From Hemiscyllium ocellatum (taxonomy: Eukaryota), in the NCBI RefSeq assembly GCF_020745735.1, contig NW_026867602.1, positions 248,001 through 312,000 of the forward strand: DNA of 64,000 nucleotides, written 5' to 3'. Positions 60,190 to 64,000 of the stretch are shown piece by piece. Position numbers and translations under genes: made by a program. The notes beneath the pieces were generated by a model, which was not told where the DNA came from, ran no database searches, and saw nothing but the letters and a program-made list of their open reading frames with translations. The stretch's first letter is position 1. Every line of letters starts with the position of its first letter.

Positions 60190-61175
60190 TGGACGGTCAG
60201 TCTGGTGGAGTCCCTCAGGGTAGTACCTAGGCCCCCATCCATCATCAATGACCTTCCCTCCCCCATCGGGGGGAGGGGAGGGGGGGATGTTCCCCGATGG
60301 TTATACAATGTTCGGCACCATTCGCCCCCTCCACCCCCCCTCCCTCAGATACTGAAGCAGTCCGGGTCCAAATGCAGCAAGATCTGGACAATACCCAGGC
60401 TTGGGCTGGCGAGGGGCAGGGAACATTCACTCCACACAAATGCCAGGCTGTGACCGTCTCCAACAAGAGAGAACCTAACCATCGCCCCCTTGATGTTCAA
60501 TGGCGTTACCATCACTGAATCCCCCTCCCCCCACTATCAACATCCTGGGGGTTACCATTGACCAGGAACTGAACTGGACCCAGCCCCAGATCAATCCAGC
60601 GGCTTCAAGAGCAGGTCAGAGGCTGGGAATCCTGCAGCGAGTAACTCCCCTCCTGACTCTTTCCCCCCCCCCCCCCCCCCAAAGCCCTGTCCCACCATCA
60701 GAGGCTGGGAATCCTGCAGTGAGTAACTCCCGTCCTGACTCTCCCACCATCGGGTCAGAGGCTGGGAATCCTGCAGCGAGTAACTCCCCTCCTGACTCTC
60801 CCCCCACAGCCCAGTCCCACCATCGGGTCAGAGGCTGGGAATCCTGCAGCGAGTAACTCCCCTCCTGACTCTCCCCCCAAAGCCCTGTCCCACCATTGAC
60901 AAGGCACGAGTCAGGAGGGTGAGGGAATACTCCCCCCACTTGCCCTGGACGGGGGCAGCTCCGACAACACTCGAGAAGCTCGACACCGTCCTGGGACAGA
61001 GCAGCCCCTCGCTCGAAGGGCCCCACATCCACAAACATCCCCTCCCTCCCTCCCCCACTCAGTAGCAGCGGTGTGTACCATCTCCAAGACACACTGCAGA
61101 AACCCATCCTCAGGCAGCAGCTTCCAAACCCACGGCCACTTCCATCTGGAAGGACAAGGGGCCGCAGATACATGG
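60190..61175 (+). mobile_element. Decayed non-LTR retrotransposon RT 3' fragment with a short internal duplication
   Basis: MQQDLDNTQAWA, INILGVTIDQELNWT, AGQRLGILQRV. Confidence 0.75.
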
Positions 61176-61269
61176 GGTGGGAGGGGGGAAAATCTGGTGT
61201 CTGTACTCAGTTTGGGGCTTGAGGTGTGACCCTGACTGTCTCCTCTCCCTTACCCAACGGTGAAATGGT

Positions 61270-61900
61270 TAGAACAGAGAGACCAAGGGATTCGGGGACA
61301 TCAGTCTTTGATGTTGGCATCACAGGGAGACAGAGTGGCTAAGAAGGTGTTTAGCACACTTACCCTCATCGCTCAGAGCTTTGAGTGTAGGAGTCGGGGA
61401 TGTCGCATTAAGGTTATACAGGACATTGGTGAGGCCCCTTCTGGAATACTGTATCTAGTCCCAGTCCCCCTGTTTATAGGAAGGTTATTAATGCAGAGGG
61501 GGGGGTGGAAGAGATTCACCAGGATGTTGCTGGGTACGGAGGCTATGAGTTATAAAGAGAGGGTGGGGCTGTTTTCCCTGGAGTGTTGAGGGGTGACCTT
61601 ATAGAGGTTTATAAAATCATGAGGGGGATGTGGATAGGGTAAATAGACAAGGTCTTTTCCCCGCTGGGGTGGAGGAGTCCAGAACTAGAGGGACATGGGT
61701 TTAGGGTGAGAGGGGGAAAGATTTTTAAGAGTGGACCCCAGGGGCAGTTTTTTTCCACACGGTGTGTGGAATGAACTTCCTGATGAAGTGGTGGACGGGT
61801 GGGACAGTTACAATGTTTTAAAAGACATTTGGTTTAAGTGCATGAATAAGGAAGGTTTAAGGGGACCGGGAGCAGGCCGGTGTGGGACTAGGTTATGGGT
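61270..61900 (+). mobile_element. Decayed CR1 3' fragment
   Basis: KRFTRML, gctgttttccctggag, agaactagaggg. Confidence 0.8.
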
Positions 61901-62368
61901 GAGTGAAAATAAGCTCTGGAAAGAGAAGTGGGGTGCAGATGGGTGGGACATTGGACCAGCAGGGAAGAGATGGGCCATAAGGCCTCTGTTTGTTTGTGAT
62001 TTTTTAAAAAAAATGAAAAACTTGGTTGTTTCTGCTGACTGGAACCATTGGTTGGTGCTGAAGTTAACTGGTTTCTTTCTCTCTCTCTCTCTCGTTTTCT
62101 CTCTCTCTCTCGTTTTCTTGTTCGCGCTCTCTCTCTCGTTTTCTCGTTCGCGCTCTCTGTCTCTTGTTTTCTCTGTCTCATTTTCTCGTTCGCGCTCTCT
62201 CTCGTTTTCTCGTTTTCTCGTTTTCGCGCTCTCGTTTTCTCGTTTTCGCGCTCTCGTTTTCTCGTTCGCTCGCTCTCGCTCCCGTTTTCCTCGCCCCCTT
62301 GTCTCACGCTATCTCTCTTGTGCTTGCTCTCTTGCGTGCTCTCTTCCTCTCCATCTCTCTGGGTCCAG

Positions 62369-62490
62369 TGTTTATCTACTCCATGCCTGGCAGTAAATGC
62401 AGCATTAAGGAGCGAATGCTGTACTCCAGTTGTAAGGGACCCTTCCTGAGCTACGTGGAACAGGTGCTGGGCTTGCAGATTGCAAGGAAG
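62369..62490 (+). CDS. Twinfilin exon 8 (exon 9 probably starts at 63999 after cccag)
   Basis: cag|(V)[40 protein letters not shown]|gtgagt. Confidence 0.97.
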
Positions 62491-62919
62491 GTGAGTAAGG
62501 AGGGAATCTCTCTTGGGCGGGCAGTGGGGTGGGGGGGGGGCGAGCCAGGAAACATGGAGCATCCTGCCCACTCTCCCCCCAGCCAACCATCTTGGGATGG
62601 CCCCCGGCGATTGGCCATCCCCTTCCCTTCCGGATTTCCCGGACTGTTTTGCGGAAGGCGCAGGGTGGCTGGTCAGCATGTTGGAGCCATTGGCGCGAGC
62701 TCACTGGAGCAGGTGCGGAAATGATGGTCTGGACTCTCTCCGGGATTCCAGACAGGCAAAGGGGGTGGATGTTTACAGTTTTTCTCCATGTTTTTGTGTT
62801 CCAACTTCCAAGCTGACCAGTTACTGAAAAACGTATCTGTCACTCTCTCTCTCATGTCTTGTTCCCTCGTTCCTTTGTTTCTTCACTCCCTCTCTCCCTT
62901 CCCCATTTCCCTCTCCCTC

Positions 62920-63970
62920 TCATTTCCTCTCTTCCACCCCCACAATATTCCTCTCCCCCTCCTTCCCCATATCCCTCCCCCTCCTTCCCCCCCTTCTACC
63001 CCATGTCCCTCTCCTCTTCCTTCCCCATGTCCCTCCCCCCTCCTTCCCCCCCTTCTTCCCCATGTCCCTCTGCCTCTCTACCCCATGTCCCTCTGCCTCT
63101 CTACCCCATGTCCCTCTCCTCTTCCTTCCCCATGTCCCTCCCCCTCTCTCCCCCTTCTCCCCCATGTCCCTCTCCCCCACCTCCTTCCCCATGTCCCTCT
63201 CTCTCTCCATCCCCCCTCCTTCCCCATCCCCATCTCCCCTCTCTCTCCCCTTTCCCCCATCTCCCTTTCCCCTCTTTCCCTGTTCTCCCCATGTCCCTCT
63301 CCCTCTCTCCCCCCTTCCCCATGTCCCTCCCTCTCCCTCCCCCCCTTCCCCATGTCCCTCCCTCTCCCTCCCCCCTCCTTCCCCATGTCCCTCCCTCTCC
63401 CTCTCTCCCCCCCTTCCCCATGTCCCTCCCTCTCCCTCCCCCCTCCTTCCCCATGTCCCTCCCTCTCCCTCCCCCCCTTCCCCATGTCCCTCCCTCTCCC
63501 TCCCCCCTCCTTCCCCATGTCCCTCCCTCTCCCTCCCCCCTCCTTCCCCATGTCCCTCCCTCTCCCTCCCCCTCCTTCCCCATGTCCCTCTCCCTCCCCC
63601 CCCTTCCCCATGTCCCTCCCTCTCCCTCCCCCCTCCTTCCCCATGTCCCTCCCTCTCCCTCCCCCCTCCTTCCCCATGTCCCTCCCTCTCCCTCCCCCCT
63701 CCTTCCCCATGTCCCTCTCCCTCCCCCCCCTTCCCCATGTCCCTCCCTCTCCCTCCCCCCTCCTTCCCCATGTCCCTCTCCCTCTCTCCCCCCCTTCCCC
63801 ATGTCCCTCCCTCTCCCTCCCCCCTCCTTCCCCATGTTCCTCTCCCTCTCCTCTCTCTCTCCCCCCTTCCTCATGCCCATCTCCCCTCTCTCTCCCCCTT
63901 CACCCCTGTCTCCCCCCCCGTCTCCCTTTCCCCTCTTTCCCCGTCTCTCCCCATGTCCCTTCCCCTCTCC
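62920..63970. repeat. C/T-rich ~35-bp repeat in twinfilin intron 8
   Basis: Unit core ttccccatgtccctccctctccctccccc. Confidence 0.9.
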
Positions 63971-64000
63971 CCCTGCGTGTCTCCCCGCCCCCGCCCAGGT

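Overview
GC-rich, repeat-saturated vertebrate DNA from a gapped draft assembly. The tRNA-headed HE1-type SINEs, CR1 LINEs and Penelope-like elements suggest a cartilaginous fish (shark); this is an inference. Five spliced genes were reconstructed by hand from splice sites and recalled vertebrate protein sequences: UBL4A (+, 4 exons, 3393-7811, 152 aa, complete); LAGE3/Pcc1 (+, 3 exons, 13487-21205, 107 aa, complete, intron 1 is U12-type); the last 3 exons of RENBP (-, 26862-24808); the last 2 exons of UBA1 (+, 28402-29612); and a twinfilin gene (+, exons 1-8, 47310-62490, exon 9 probably starting at 63999). UBL4A, LAGE3 and RENBP are human Xq28 genes and UBA1 is Xp11. Almost all long ORFs in the track are translations of minisatellites, low-complexity DNA, N-runs or decayed retroelements. 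Most notable: (1) LAGE3 intron 2 is built from about 43 extra tandem copies of the exon-2 end plus its 5' splice site, separated by (UG)n tracts; (2) the twinfilin may be a third ohnologue lost in mammals; (3) Penelope insertions show fold-back architecture, target-site duplications and minimal hammerhead ribozymes; (4) minisatellites repeatedly arise by amplifying functional motifs (splice donor, promoter motifs, SINE body). Repeat boundaries and copy numbers are by eye and approximate; no database search was run.
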